Part shown: one piece after another, positions 36,777 to 51,376 of the stretch | Layout of the letters: each line of letters begins with the position of its first letter | Position numbering within the stretch: the stretch's first letter is position 1 | Source of the DNA: the human T2T-CHM13v2.0 reference genome, Homo sapiens | DNA length: 64,000 nt | Reading direction: 5' to 3' (one strand) | Assembly (NCBI RefSeq): GCF_009914755.1 | Contig: NC_060928.1 | Notes under the pieces: generated by a model | Told to the model about the DNA's origin: nothing | Seen by the model: only the letters and a program-made list of their open reading frames with translations | The model's database searches: none | Translations under genes and position numbers: made by a program

Positions 36777-39234
36777 TAAGACCTGTGAATTTTTAATTTG
36801 TCAGTCAGAAATTTTAAATTTATATTTAGGGTGGTTCTACCAGGCTAATGTTTCAGTAGCATTTCACATCTCCAGATATTTTGCCATTTCAATTGGTGTA
36901 CAGTGGTAATATGCTTTAATTTGTATTTTCCTAATTATTAATGACCTATGAAACCTGTTTTATCTATTAGGTGGAACTTCAGATTTCTCCCTATGAAAAT
37001 TGATAATTCACATCTTTTGCCTATTTTACAAATTTACTATTTTTTTTCTGGTTAATTAACAGGTGTTTCTTACATATTCTAGAGAAGAATCTCTAACTTA
37101 TTTTACTTTGACTATGCTTTTGCCATGTTTGTTTATTTCTTTGACTAAATGATTCTTCAATGAAGAGAAATCCATAATTTTGTTGACAAATTAATTTATT
37201 TCATGCCTTTTGATGCTTAGACTAAAAATATCTTTTTCCACAAATATATGTATAATATATATTTGGTATATCCAATACCAAAAATTTGTCTTTTATTTAT
37301 ACTGCTATCTTTATTATATAGGAAGCTCTGATAGTAATAAAGGTCTTTCTTATATTGTTATTCTGTTTCACTGGTCTGTTTGCTTCAACACAAATTGATT
37401 TAATTAATTTGCAGTTGTTTTTAGTAACTCAGAAACTTTTATTTATATTTACCTTTAAAATTAATTGAAAGAACTTTAATGGATAGAAAAGTGTACGGTC
37501 CTAAAGGTAGAGAATAATTACAAAATGAACACAAATGTATAACCACCATTGAGGTGAACGAAATGATACATTGCCCTCTGAAGGACATTAGAGGTCTTCC
37601 TTGATTTCCTACACAGTCATTACCTAACTGTGCTCAGTATATATTAATTTGTTTTAAACTTTATGCAAATAAAATTATGCAAAATGAATTTTTAATCTAG
37701 CTTTTTACATTCAAAATTACATTTGTGAGATTTATTCATGCTGAATATAGATGGTCTTCATTAAAAAGTCATATTCCACAATAGAAATAAGCTAAAATTT
37801 TATATTATAATGTAGCTAGTATTTTCAATTTGGGGCTATTTGAAAAAAGGGCTGCCATGAATATGCTTGTCTTCATCCTTAGACACACATATTAATAAGT
37901 GTTTGTTGGAGATACACCTGCAAAGGATAATTGTTGTATCCTAGCATATGCCATAAAATACAAGGAATTCCTCAAAGTGATTTTACCAAACTGCCTCCTT
38001 TTGGTCAATGTCTTTGTTAATGCTTGGTGTAATCACATTTTAACTTTAGAAATTATGGTTTTGGATAATGGTATCTTATTTTGGCTTTAATTTTAATTTA
38101 TCTGATGATAAATGATTTTGAGCATTTTTTCAAATGTTTATTGCCCATTAGAATATACAAATTGACTTTTTAATTTTTACTGTATCACTTTCATTTTTGT
38201 ATTGTTTTATGGGGAGAATATATATTTGGGGTGATGTAGATATATAATACATAAAATATTGAAACTAATATATAAATTATATATAGTTCAGTTTCATATA
38301 TTGAAAATGTTTCCTCCATGTCATAGTTTACATTTTTACTCTATTAATGGTATTCTTTAGTAGAACACAGTATTTTTTCTTTATAATTTGTGTTTTTGTG
38401 TTATGATTAAGGAATCTGTTTAATTCAAAGTCTGCAGTGTTATCTTTCAGAAGCTTTTTCCTTATACCTTACATTTATATCTGAATCTGGTAAGGATTGA
38501 TTTTTGTGTATGTTGGAAGACAGGGGTCCAGTTTTTCTGTTTTGTTCTCATAAGACTACCTAATTGATCCAGGTCTTCCTTTCCATTTCTCTGGAGAGCT
38601 ATCTTGGCCAGGTGATATAAATCAAGTGACTATAAAAGTGTGGGTCATTTTCTGGACTCTTTGTTAATGCCTCCAGCAGGCAAATAGGCCCCATTAGGCT
38701 CACTTTTCTGGGATTTCATTCTTCCTTTCTTGAAAGTTATCGATACCTTGATAATTCTCTAAGACCTTCAGCAAGGTTTTATGTTTTCTATTATTTTTTC
38801 CATCTAGGTATTTTCAGTGACCATGTAGTTCTGAAATAAACTTCTCTGCCACACAAAGAAGAAGAACTGAACATTTAGTTTTGCTTTTAATGAAAAATAA
38901 TTGATTTATACTGTTTGACACTGTTTCTAAGTATATTAAATTGATCATGTATTTTTTCCTTTAGTCCATTTTATAGACTAAATGGATAAAACTAATCATC
39001 CCTATTTGCACAAGACTGTCCCCATTTTAACACTGTAAATCCAGCATCTTAGGAAACTCCTTGGGCCCAAGCAACCTGATATACTGGTTTACCATATTAA
39101 TATCGGCCCATATATTGGTAGATATTCTAATTTTATGTTTTTCATTTATAGTTGGGATAAACTCTACAGTATACTCAAACTTTAACCTTAATTGTATTCT
39201 AGTACTAAGTAATTTTTTAAAAAAGGGTTTTATA

Positions 39235-39705
39235 TTAGCTTAGATTAGGTTTGGCTACACTTAACAGATGAACCTAAATAATGGTGGATAAATAAAATAC
39301 TTGTTTTTATTCTGTTTCTCATGTTTTGAAATTCTAGAACTGGTAGGCTCCAAGTTGGTATGGTCTATTCTCCATGAAGTCAAATTCCCAATTCCCTCTT
39401 ACATTATTTCTTCCTCATAAATGGCCTTCATTCCAAACCACTACTCATGGTCCAGCATGCCTACTAGAGTTATGACCATTAAGCCATTAAGCAGAAAGTG
39501 TGAGAAGGCCTCCAACTTTCCATTTGTAAGAACATTTCCTATGAGCTGTGCAAACCACTTCTATCTTTTTAGCCAGAATATAATCATATGGTCATATCTA
39601 TATGAAACAGATATTTAATATTCTCATGGACTCTTTTGTTCATTATGTGTGTACTATTGAGGAAGATAAGAATGGCTATTTAGTAAAAATTAAGTATTTG
39701 CAACA
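39235..39705 (-). mobile_element. Old MLT1-type MaLR LTR
   Basis: tattagcttagattaggtttggctac...tagccagaatataatcatatggtcatatct resembles antisense old MLT1. Confidence 0.5.
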
Positions 39706-39877
39706 GATATTTTAGAATAAAAAGAGTTTATATTCTTATGTTCTTTTATTTTGATATCTGATTTGGGGAATCTAGAATACATAAGCATCACAGAATGATG
39801 GAAACAACTCTTTCTTCTTTTTTTCTTTTCTGGAAAAACTGGTCTCTTAAAGTTTGTTAGAAGTTATTATAGTGTTT

Positions 39878-39943
39878 GGCCAGACTTGGTGTCTTACATC
39901 TGTAATCCTAGCACTGTGGGAAGCCACGGCAGGAGGATCACTG
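39878..39943 (+). mobile_element. Alu left-arm/FLAM fragment
   Basis: ggccagacttggtgtcttacatctgtaatcctagcactgtgggaagccacggcaggaggatcact. Confidence 0.8.
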
Positions 39944-40961
39944 TTGATGATATATTACTAAGTGTAGTCTAAGGTCATATATGTTCTTCGAACAAGAATG
40001 TCATATTTTATCTTCTCTCCATTAACTCATTTTTGACTATGTGACTAGAAAGCCTCTTTTAAAGCATTGAATTCTGTTCCAAATCTAGACTGCTTTAGTA
40101 TTTTGCATTTTTTAAAGGAGTGGAGAAAGCTAAAGGCAAGAGTGCAAGCAAGGCCTTACTTATGATAAATGTGTGTGTATTTTTCAAAAATATATTCAAT
40201 TCAATACTCTAAATTATCACATGTTCAGTTTTTTGGAGTTCATTTGAATAAACTTTATGAGATCCAAAAACTGAAAGATAGATATTGAAGAGGAGACATC
40301 AATCAAAATTTAGTGTATTATGTGTATGCTTCTGGGATGGAGAGCGGACATGATTTAGAAGCATTTGGTGACATTTTAATGCTATTGGTAATGTTCTTAT
40401 TCTTAAAGTGTGTAACTCTATTAAGTGTTAATCCTTTTTTCAAAACCAGCATAAATATTATACATATTATTTAATGTGTATCTAACTACACTTATAAAAG
40501 TATAATTTTTCAAGAAAAGCTAAAATCATAACTAATGCTAATATAAATTAAAAATACATCAAATATTTTAATTTAATTAAATAGGAGAGATTAATAAAGG
40601 AGAGATTCAGCAAAACATTTAGATCAATGCAAATAGCAGTTGAGAACCTGTGTAATTAAAGGCAAGTTGATAAAGAAATGTCATTACAAGATTATGGGGT
40701 CAGATACATCTCTAATTAATATCCTATAAAGAAAATGAAGTGTGTCTTTAGCCCACATGATGTTGTCAAGATGTGCAACTCAGATGTTTGCCTTGTTGTC
40801 AAGTTTTTGGGGTATTTTTTTAAATAAGTTTAAAAACTTAGAAAGAAAGTAAAATTAATAAATTAAAAAGAAAATGTATATTTGTACAAAAAATATTTGC
40901 TTCACTTAAAATTATTATTTAAATAATGTTAATAACCCACATCTCATTAGATATTAAGTAA

Positions 40962-41278
<317 letters not shown>

Positions 41279-41387
41279 TATATTTTCTTAAATTGTCTCT
41301 TTTATCAATGTTTAAAATAGAAATGAAGATAAGAATATTAAATAAAAATCAATTAATAGTATCTTAAGAATGTTTCTTTTTCTGCAT

Positions 41388-41700
41388 GACTCATCTATTC
41401 AACAGCTGTTTGTTGTGTTCTATAGTGTATCTTGTACATGTTGAGTGCTGCTCTGAGAATCTGGAAATACGAAGGAAACAAGATATAATAATTATTGCCT
41501 CTTGTTGCATTTACATTTTAGTGGCAGGCAGTAGATAACACTTAAATAAAACCAATAACAGAACTTCAGATAGTGATACATGCAATGTAAAAATATATAT
41601 AAAAAATAATAAAGTTTGGATAATAGGAGAGAAATATGGGGAATAGATAAAATAGACTGTCGGTTTAGGTCAGTGAAGCCTTCTTAATGAGAAAAGCTAG
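41388..41700 (-). mobile_element. L2 3' fragment
   Basis: ctcatctattcaacagctgtttgttg...tgcctcttgttgcatttacattttagtgg resembles the antisense L2 3' end. Confidence 0.6.
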
Positions 41701-42897
41701 TTGTGCTAAAATCACATGTGCTTCTGAATGGAATAAGTGATAAAAATCGCATCTTGCAATTTAAAAAATAGGTAACTAATATACATCTCTCAGATAAATT
41801 GAACTTATCTAATATACTGTGCCGTCAAATTTCCAAATAGAAAAGGCTTATGTTTCTATCCTGATACTGTTTCAAAGCCATTTTTCAAAATATAAAACAA
41901 AATATGAATTATCTTTGGAGTTGTGGGAATGCCATGGATTATAGTATTAGATTAAGTTTAACAAGATTGTTTAATCATATTGCAAAAACCACAATTGCTG
42001 CTCAATCTTAAGATGTGGTGGAAGTGTTTATATTATCTTCATCTCTATTGCTATAATTACCATTAATCTTTAGGGTTTGAAATGAATAGCTTCTTTTTTA
42101 TTATAAAAGTGATACATGTACATGGGAATAAAATTTTAAACCATATAGATGGGCATATTATTGAAAGTAAAATTTCCTTCCCTGCCATTCCTCAAATTCT
42201 TGCTCATATTTGTCATTTTCTGTTTTTGGTTCATCTGACATGTTATGTTCAGTAGACTTGATTAAGTTTTCCCAGTTTCAGATATCATTCCATATTATAT
42301 ATACATTATTTTGTATAAATGAAATACTATGATTGAATCATAGAGAAAGAAATATGTGTATGTTATTGAGCTTATGCTACTTTGTTCAAATTTCAAGATC
42401 AGATGGAATATGTCTTCTTCTTCAACTGACTAGAATGTTTTATCTTGTTTTTGAATTTTCAGTTTCTTGTTCATCTTCTTCCCCCAGTCCCTCTTACACT
42501 TGAATTTTCTACTGATTTTCTATTATTTTGTTATTAAACAAGAAATTTTACTTAATAAACCACTAACATGTTCATTTAATCAAACAACTAACTAATATGC
42601 TTCCTTCTTTTTAGGAGCATTATATGGCTGTTGTCCGGGAATCTTATTAAGTTGCATATTTGGCTACTCTTTAATTCTAATGTCTTACACTTTCTTGACT
42701 CTTTTTTTTTTTTTCAAGTCATATTGCAGCACTCCAGAAACATACTGGATGCTTGCATGTTATCAATTCTTTTCATTTTATCCTTATACTAATTGATAAT
42801 ACATGGCATTTTATGTGGAAAATAATTTTTCCTGAGAACTGTACAGACATTGTTTTTTCTAAATTCACTAACAATCACCTCTTCCCCCAGCGTTTTT

Positions 42898-43290
42898 CTC
42901 CCTTAGTTTGGGTTTTCCCAAAGGAGCCTTTTAAGCAAGATTTTGATTTCAGATAGTTGATTTTGGAGATGAACCTAAAAATATTTGCAGTGTAGACAGG
43001 AAATCTCACAGAAAAGGGAAGGCAACCAATACAAGGTTTGTTATCAAGTGAATTATCACAGTGGGTATCTGAAACCTCATCCCGCAGAGGATCCTTGAGA
43101 ATCAGTGTAACTGTTGTGCCTCAATGTAATTCCCCCTGAGGAGTGAGGAATTAGGGGTATTTACTCTCCAGTTTTTATCATGCATTGAGCGGGGCATTGG
43201 ATTCCCTGGCATGGGTTCTGATGAGCTGAGAATCTTAGACAAAGAAACTCAGGTGCTGGCAGTTGGACTTTGGGTGAAGAGTTGGAGCTC
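42898..43290 (-). mobile_element. LTR16-like (ERVL) solo LTR
   Basis: cttagtttgggttttcccaaaggag...gggaaggcaaccaatacaagg...ggggtatttact. Confidence 0.65.
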
Positions 43291-44244
43291 TGACTGCATA
43301 TGCTATGTTGTTTATTTCTACACAGTCTGTCATCTTGTATCTGTTTTCCTACTCTAGAAGAATTTATGAAATTATCTTTATTCCTTGAATTTCAAAATTT
43401 CAGAAGAATGAATCTATGTATATGAGGATCATTTAGTCTGTCTAACATTTGGTAGTCTAAAGTCTTTCTTTAGCTCTGTGAAAAGTTATTGTTATTATTT
43501 TGATTATTTCCTTCATTCCACTCTCATTCTTTTTTTTCTTTCAGAAACCACTATTAGACAGATGTTGGTAGATTTCCTAGGCTTTATTTTCTCACACACA
43601 TATTGATTTTTCCCTAAACAATTGTGTTTTTATGTTCCGTGACCTCTATCTTGTTTACTGCTTTTTTTCACAGCAAGCTGTTAGGTTTTATATATTCTTT
43701 TTTATCTTTTTATAGAAGAAATATATTCTGAGGACCTTTTAGGAGCATTCTCTGATTGTCTTGCTCCCATCTATGTCCTTATTCTTAAATTAGTCAAAGT
43801 GTTATTGAAAAGAGGCTTTATTATTGTGACAACTCCTTCCAGAGAAAACTCTTTCTGATGCAGGATGCAGAGAGTGGTTTTTCAACTCTCAGCAGCCACT
43901 CTTATTTTTTGGTATAGATTTCAAGTACATGTCAGGTATATTTCATTACAGATTTCTCTTAGTTTTGATGTTAAATATTCCTCCCTCCTTTTATTTTATT
44001 TAAAATTTTAATTGATTTAGATAGAAGGATATGAAGTAGTTCACTAATTTTATCTCAGGTTAACTCATCTTAAAGTTAATTCATATAAATAGAACCTAAA
44101 AGATATACCTTTTTTTGTAAGTAGCTTTCTAAATAGCTTTCTTTCTTTTTTTTTTTTTTTGTATATAGGTTTCTTTTTTTTGTAAGTAATTTCTTAGCAG
44201 TTATGAATATTTGTACTTAGTTTCAAAATGAAGTGTTTTTCATC

Positions 44245-44546
44245 TTTTATTTATTTTGTTTTGAGACAGCGTCTCCCTCCATCTGAACTCCAGGCTGGAG
44301 TTCAGTCATGTGATCATAGCTCACTGCAGCCTTGACCTCCTTGGCTTAAGCGATCTTCCCACCTCAGCCTCTTAAGTTGCTGAGACTACAGGTGTACACC
44401 ACCATGGCAGGCTAATTTATTAATGTTTTGTAGATACGGATCTTGCTATGGTGCCAGGACTAGTCTCAAACTCCTGGGCTCAAGTAATCCTCCTGCCTCA
44501 ATCTCCGAAAGTGCTGGGATTACAGACGTGAGTCACTGTGCCTGGC
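44245..44546 (-). mobile_element. AluJ, full length
   Basis: gatcatagctcactgcagccttgacctcc and ctcctgggctcaagtaatcctcc. Degenerate TSD aaaatga...ttttc. Confidence 0.95.
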
Positions 44547-44801
44547 AAAATGATATTTTTCTAATTATACAAGTGCTATAAGTTCATCACAGAACTATTT
44601 TAAGTACATGAATATATATAAAAAGTAATGCCAGAATATCTATTACAACAGCTCAGATGTTACTTAATCTTAGGTAGTTTTCTCCATATATATTTTCACT
44701 AGTGCAGTCCTTTAAAAAATATTTTAGTGTGCATATTTTCATTATTATAATTTATGGTACAGAGATTAACACATACGTTTTCTAATAAAATCTATGTTTT
44801 T

Positions 44802-44860
44802 AGTACTGTTAGGGTTCTCCAGAGGAACAAAACTAATAGATGATACATGTGTATATCCTA
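44802..44860 (-). mobile_element. Possible MLT2 LTR terminal fragment
   Basis: gttagggttctccagaggaacaaaactaataga resembles the antisense MLT2 end. Short match only. Confidence 0.4.
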
Positions 44861-45231
44861 TTTGTTTATGGAATTTTTATTGCTCCTATAACTAATTATT
44901 TAGCAAATATGTATGTATATATACACACAAATACATATATTTCAGGTTACAAATTATAGAAAAGGGCATGTGTATACATACATATATAATTTATACATAC
45001 ATATGTATGTGTATATGTACCCTTTTCCATAATTTTTAACCTGAAATATTGTGTCTGTTGTAGACCTAATTCTAAAAATGAGACAAAGAAGTCAAGACCA
45101 TGGCTTATACCCATTAAACCATTCCAAGAAATATTACAAACGGACCAAGTAACAGAGCAACTGGTTGTAATGAATTCAGGATTTGAGCCAAATGTCCAGC
45201 TCATTTAGTCTGACTTTAAATATATATATTA

Positions 45232-45530
<299 letters not shown>

Positions 45531-45583
<53 letters not shown>

Positions 45584-45626
45584 CAGACAGAGACAGAGAG
45601 AGAGAGACAGAGAGAGAGAGAAAGAG
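45531..45626. repeat. (TA)n(GA)n compound microsatellite
   Basis: atatatatatatagagagagag...agacagagag. Confidence 0.95.
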
Positions 45627-46884
45627 GGGTAGAATTAGGTCTACAACAGACACAATATTTAACCTTAAAAATTATGGAAAAGAGCACATATGTACATACA
45701 TATGTAATATGGCTTACAGCATATATATATACATACATATAAGCATACATATATATAAGTCATATTATATGTATGTGTCTATGTGCCCTTTTCCATAATT
45801 TTTAACCTGAAGTATATAGAGGAACAAAGCTAATAGGTAGTTGTATGTATATATCCTATTTGTTTATGGATTTTTCATTATATAATATAGTTATATATAT
45901 AATTGCCTATTTGAAACATTCAGAAAAAATAAATTGCATTAAATATAGTTTTGACAGGCCTCACTTGTATTTTTTAAAAAGGAATTACAAAGTAGATTGA
46001 GCCAGAATAAGATAAAGATTACTGTAAATTCTGTACTTATTTGTTTTATTTGTAATAAGGGAGTAACAATTAGCTTAATTTAAATTTTAATATTTTTCAT
46101 CTGCAAATCATTTCCTAATACCTTAACATGCTTTCTAGTTTCTAGTTTATTTTATTTTAAATTAAAAATCTCATCTGCTATTTGACACTAATATCATTAT
46201 CCTGATTTTTAAAAACAATTTTTTAAATAATAATATTTATGATGGCAATGATGGAGACTAAAAACATGAAATAAGAAAAAGATTTGGAGTCTGTGTACTT
46301 ATGTTGAATAGAAGTGAAATAACCAATGTTAAGCAGTGTGAAGAAGGTAAATGGCATTCCCTCTAAAAGACATTGCTTATTAGGGAAGAAGCGCTATTTG
46401 TTTTTAAAAGCAATCTAAGTGTAGAGAGAAGAAAATGTGATTATTCATAAACACGTCCAATTTGAGATTTTTTTCTTCTGTGCTTTCTGGTGGTGACATC
46501 CATGCGATTCTAGTTTAAATGAGATGTTTGCATTGAATTTGTAGACATTGTGTGTCTCTTCTATATTAACAGTCTGTTCAATTAGGAAAATTACAGAAGA
46601 ATCTACAATTAAAACAATAACAACAAAAAGTGGTCCACACATGGAAACTTATTGAAAGATACAAAAGAGTTCATAATGTTAGAATGAATTGGGAAATAGA
46701 AATAATATTTTTCAAACAAATATGTAAAGGAGGCTGATAAGAAGTCTTCTGAGATATAAAAGAATCAAGAGATTGCTTTGATATGGACACCAAAGGGGAA
46801 AAAAAATTAAAAAGACATGCTAAAGTGTAAAATATGATTAAAAGGAGAAAAGAGGGAATTTGATCCTAATAAATAATGTTTTCA

Positions 46885-47024
46885 TGTTGTTTGTTTTTTA
46901 CGCAAGCTCTTACTCTGTCATCCAGGCTGGAGGGCAGTGGTGTAATCACAGCTTGCTACAGCCTGGACCTGCTGGGCTCAGGTGATTCTTCTACCTCAGC
47001 ATGGGCCACCATGCATGCCCAGCT

Positions 47025-47079
<55 letters not shown>

Positions 47080-47195
47080 AGACAGGGTTTTTCCATGTTG
47101 CCCAGACTGGTCTCAAACTCCTGGGGTCAAGACATTCACATGCCTCAGCCTCCTAAAGTGCTAGAATTATAGGCATAAGCCACCGCACCCGGGCT
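46885..47195 (-). mobile_element. AluJ with (TG)25 replacing the middle A-rich linker
   Basis: Antisense Alu arms, TG run 47029-47078, TSD-like aaataatgtttt/aaatagtgtttt. Confidence 0.93.
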
Positions 47196-47408
47196 AAATA
47201 GTGTTTTTACAAAAGGTGTACTATTATTGACTTAATTAAATTTTAATCAAGTAATAAAAGATACATTACATAGGACCAAAATAAAATTATAAGAAGATAA
47301 TACAAGAAGCAAGAGACCCAATTCTCACTGGAAAGTATAGAAAGACTATAACAAGTAATAAGTATATAGAAAGTAAGTAAAAACAAACAAACAAACAAAA
47401 AACTGATG

Positions 47409-47706
47409 GGCTGGGTGCTGTTGCTCATGGCTGTAATCCCAGGACTTTGGGAGGGTGAGGAGGGTAGATGTCTGGAACCCAGAAGTTCAAGAGCAGCCTG
47501 GGCAACATGGAGAAACCCCATCTCTAAAAAAAAATAATAAGCCAGGAGTGGTGGCACATGCCTGTGGTCCCATCTACTCAGGAGGCTAAGATGGGAAGAT
47601 CACTTGAGCCTGGGGAGGTTGAGGCTGCAATTAGCCATGATTGTGCCACTGCACTCCAGCCTGGGTGACAGAGTGAAACCTTGTCTCAAAGCAACAACAA
47701 CAACAA
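47409..47706 (+). mobile_element. AluJ with (CAA)n tail
   Basis: Dimeric Alu, gatcacttgagcctggggaggttgaggctgca. Confidence 0.95.
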
Positions 47707-47946
47707 AAGGAGTGGTAATTCCAGTCTTAATTCAAATCTGAAAAGAGTATTACATTAGTCAGAAAAAAGTAAATGACAAAATAATAATCCTTGACATTCA
47801 ATTCATATGCAAAATATTTCACAGAATATTTTTACAAATTATTTCCACAGAAACTGTCACTTACATTACACCATATAATTTTCCACATCATACATCATAT
47901 AGGTGGGCTTTGACTTGTCAATTGGATGCACATATGCAATGAATAG

Positions 47947-48461
47947 AGTTAACAAAAGACCATTGGTTTCTCCAGAGGAAAAAGGAAAACTTAATTTTCT
48001 AAAAGCAGTCTGCAGACTAGGGGCACACTAACTCATCAACTTCAGAGCAAAAGAAAAGTACACTCTGTTGGGGGGTGTTGGAGAGTTAGAGATTATAATG
48101 TTAAAAATCTCAGGTCAGGAGAGGAGTGAAGAGAGTGAAGTATAGAGTCTTGACTGAATGACCTTTAAACCCCAAATCATCATTCTCTCTTAATTGGCTA
48201 ATTCCAGGTGGTTGGTGGGATGGCACCAGCTTGTCTGTTGGTGGCCAGTTGGGGAATTTCTAGCTAGAGATGTTTTTGATATTGTTTTCAGGAATTGCTC
48301 TTTGATTTGGTTGCAGATAAGCAGGTTTTGCAATACTCTCCAAGGACACACGGAGCATGACTGCTTGCTCACCCTACCATGGCCTCTTGGTTCTACTTTT
48401 CACTATTGAGACAGGGAGTTCATCTTTTCATCTTGTCTGTCAATTGAAGGCATGATTTGAC
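47947..48461 (-). mobile_element. Probable old ERV1-class solo LTR (family unassigned)
   Basis: gttaacaaaagacc start, cagtctgcagactagggg motif, ...tttgaCA end. Composition resembles MER4-group LTRs. Confidence 0.45.
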
Positions 48462-49461
48462 ATTAATAAGGCCTTATGAATGCATCCCTAGTGTCATTTC
48501 AAAAGGATTTTGGAGTGAGTAATGATAAATGGAGTTACACCATGGAAAAATGTGTGATCTTAAGTAGGTTTAACAGGATCACAAGAGCTCACCTGTAGAG
48601 TCAGCACAGTTTATATATGTTGGGAATTGATTCTCTGTCAATTTTTCTTAAATTTGAACTAAAGTTGTGACTGCTGGGTATAACATCATCATTAGTAGTG
48701 CTTCAACTTAGTAGCATTTTAGCTTCCTCAGAATTCGAGGTTGGAAGAGTTGATTTTATGAACTGTCATGAGATGGTAAACTAGACTTCTTCAAACTTAA
48801 ATTTTTTTCTGACATTATTTCAATCATTTCATGTGCCGTAACAGTTAAAAATGGTCAAAGTATACATGCTTAGATAATCAGCTATTACCCTGCCTGTTTG
48901 ACTAATTCGCCAGTGATTATTTCCATCAGATAAAGGTTCTCTGGCATGCCATTAAAATGCATAAAGACAATAGAAGGAATTCTCAATTATTCTGTAACAC
49001 TCAATACAGATCCTTGCTTGCCATAGATTATTTGTAAGAAAATCACAAAGCTGTACTCTTTCTGGTACATAGGTGGTAGTATGCTATTCTACCTCCTCAT
49101 TATGACTGGTTGTTACATTTAAGCAATTTGCTTTCAATGGAGCCACCACCGCATTTCTTCGAAGGACGTGTGTTTTATCAACTTAAAGTAGTTTTGACAA
49201 CTCTTTGACTCCAAAACATATTAGTCCACTAGAGGAGAGTGTTCCTACTTATTTTGAGCTAGTCTTTTCCAAATGTATCTACAGAAAATGAGAAAGGAAG
49301 ATGTAATTATATATAGCAAGTACGTGAATGAAATTCATATACTCTTGACTATGAAAAGAAAAAATGGCTTTCATAGATTATTTCAATATCTGTTTTATTA
49401 ATCAGTACTTTAAAAATATCTGAAATGAGTAAGACTTTTTTTTTTTTTTTTAGTTTCAACA

Positions 49462-49901
49462 TTTCAATTGGCTTTATTCAGGATTCTACAACTGGGCATT
49501 TCATTTAATAAAATAGAATAAGTGTTCAAATGAGCTGAGCAAAAGAAGTGGGATTTATATACAGTCAAGGACTGAAGAAAGCAGAAGCAAAGAACAAAGA
49601 GTGTATTAGTCTTTTCAAAGCCATTTTTTTGTAAGGCAGAGATAGGAAGACAAAACAATAAAATAATGACTGATAGCTCATATTAGGTTACTTCAGCCTT
49701 CTTTTGCGTAGGGATTAAAGCAGAGGGAACTTCATTACAATGCCCACTGAAGATTTAAACTGGCCTGTGTGGGTAATTGGCTGTTATTTCTCCTGATTTT
49801 TTGGAAGGTCAGGTAATAGCTGAGATTATTTCGATTTGGTGACCTGGAACTTTAGCATGGGTGACTCCATTTTGATTTTTAGTCTAGTATGTTGGGGCCT
49901 A
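49462..49901 (-). mobile_element. LTR54-like ERV1 LTR (ends eroded)
   Basis: tcaattggctttatt...aaaatagaataagtgttcaaatgagctgagca...gtgactccattttg. Confidence 0.7.
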
Positions 49902-51339
49902 GACTTTTAAAAGTCCTTTTCATGAGGAACCTTTGAGATATAATTGTATAATTTACTTTTTTTTAACACTTACACAGTCAACATACTAGATTACCATTAA
50001 GAGAGAGTGAAATTGATTTACTGTATTTTCAATTTGAGTGTGTGTGCTCTCACATCACGTTTTGGAACAATACATGTTTCAAATAAAAAATAATGTAACT
50101 AATTGCATTACATAATGTAACTAAATCCAAAAAGGATATACAATTCATCCACAAAACTTCATGGCATTTCGTTATGCAATAATGGTGTACTATTACTACA
50201 TATAAAAAATTAAAAGCACATTTCAAAATCAATCATTTTTTTAAAATTCTAAGGTGTTAAAAATCTTATATTCTAAGACTTTTTCCTGGGCAATGTTTCC
50301 TATGGCATAAAACATCTATATGGATAATTTTCTGAAGAGAAATTAAAGGAGGAAAAAAATTATTATATTTAATTTTACATATATGCGTATACAATATGTA
50401 ATAAATATACCCTTATACTTACACATTAATGTAAGCACATATACATTCATATAATATGAAGGAAAACAAAAGTGCAATTTTAGAGGTGATTTCATCTTAA
50501 GAATAAAAGAATAGAAGGAATTTCTGACAAAAAAGGCAATATTTAAAAAAATTATGTGCTTACTTTTACATTCTAATAATAATACTGATGGCTAAATTAC
50601 TCTATTCATTGAAACAGAATGAGGAAAGGTCATTACTGTTTTTCATTGAGCACTTTTAAATGTTCACACACACAACACACACACAGGGTGGGGTAGGGTT
50701 TTTTGTTCTAAAAGGTGTTTCAGTGTTTATTATCATGTATTTCATCTGGTTTCTTCTAAAATTGTTTATGCCTACAGCTTGGAAAATTATAGTTTAAGTA
50801 AGAATAGTTATTTCTTTGTGCCACACTTTTAGAGCAAAATTGGAAATCACAGTTTGAATCCCCTTCTTTCTCTGTTTCTTAAATGCAAAATCTACTAGTC
50901 ATAAATGTCAGTTTTACATTGGAACACAATCTACTTAAAAATACAGTACATACAAAATTGAAAGTGTCTTCTTTGTTCTTTCCTACAACTTGAATAATGT
51001 TGAGTCAAAGGCATTTTGTTGTTTAATACTATTAAACTTTAGTCCTATACGTGTTATCAAATAAGCCTACATTTCAAGTTTAAAATCTTTTTAAAACATG
51101 TCTTTTCCTTCCTACTGTTCTTTTAATTTTGCACATTATAAGCCTAATTCTCCAGTCCACAGGTTTACGCAGGGGGTGGGGAAAATTGCAATTCTCACCC
51201 CTGTGGGAGCTTTGCCTTTCTCTGCAAGTCTGTTCTACCCCAAGACCCAGGAGATGTTGAGGAAGCAGTGTGTGTCCCCTGGCAGAGTGATCTACTCCTA
51301 GTCTGTGCTACATCACATCTTTGTGTCATCTCTGTGTGT

Positions 51340-51341
<2 letters not shown>

Positions 51342-51371
<30 letters not shown>
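51342..51371. repeat. (GT)15 microsatellite
   Basis: Direct observation. Confidence 0.97.

Positions 51372-51376
<5 letters not shown>

Larger units (their letters stand above)
35350..38660 (-). mobile_element. Patchwork of old L1ME fragments, interrupted by LTRs at 35703-36776
   Basis: Antisense L1 3' motifs such as gctttaatttgtattttcctaattattaatga and tgattttgagcattttttcaaatgtttattgcccatt. Boundaries approximate. Confidence 0.6.

Noticed and set aside
48462-49300. Possible integrase remnant (minus-strand GMPENL...SDG)
   Set aside because: Only a few residues resemble the motif and flanking frames give no support. A profile-HMM search would be needed.
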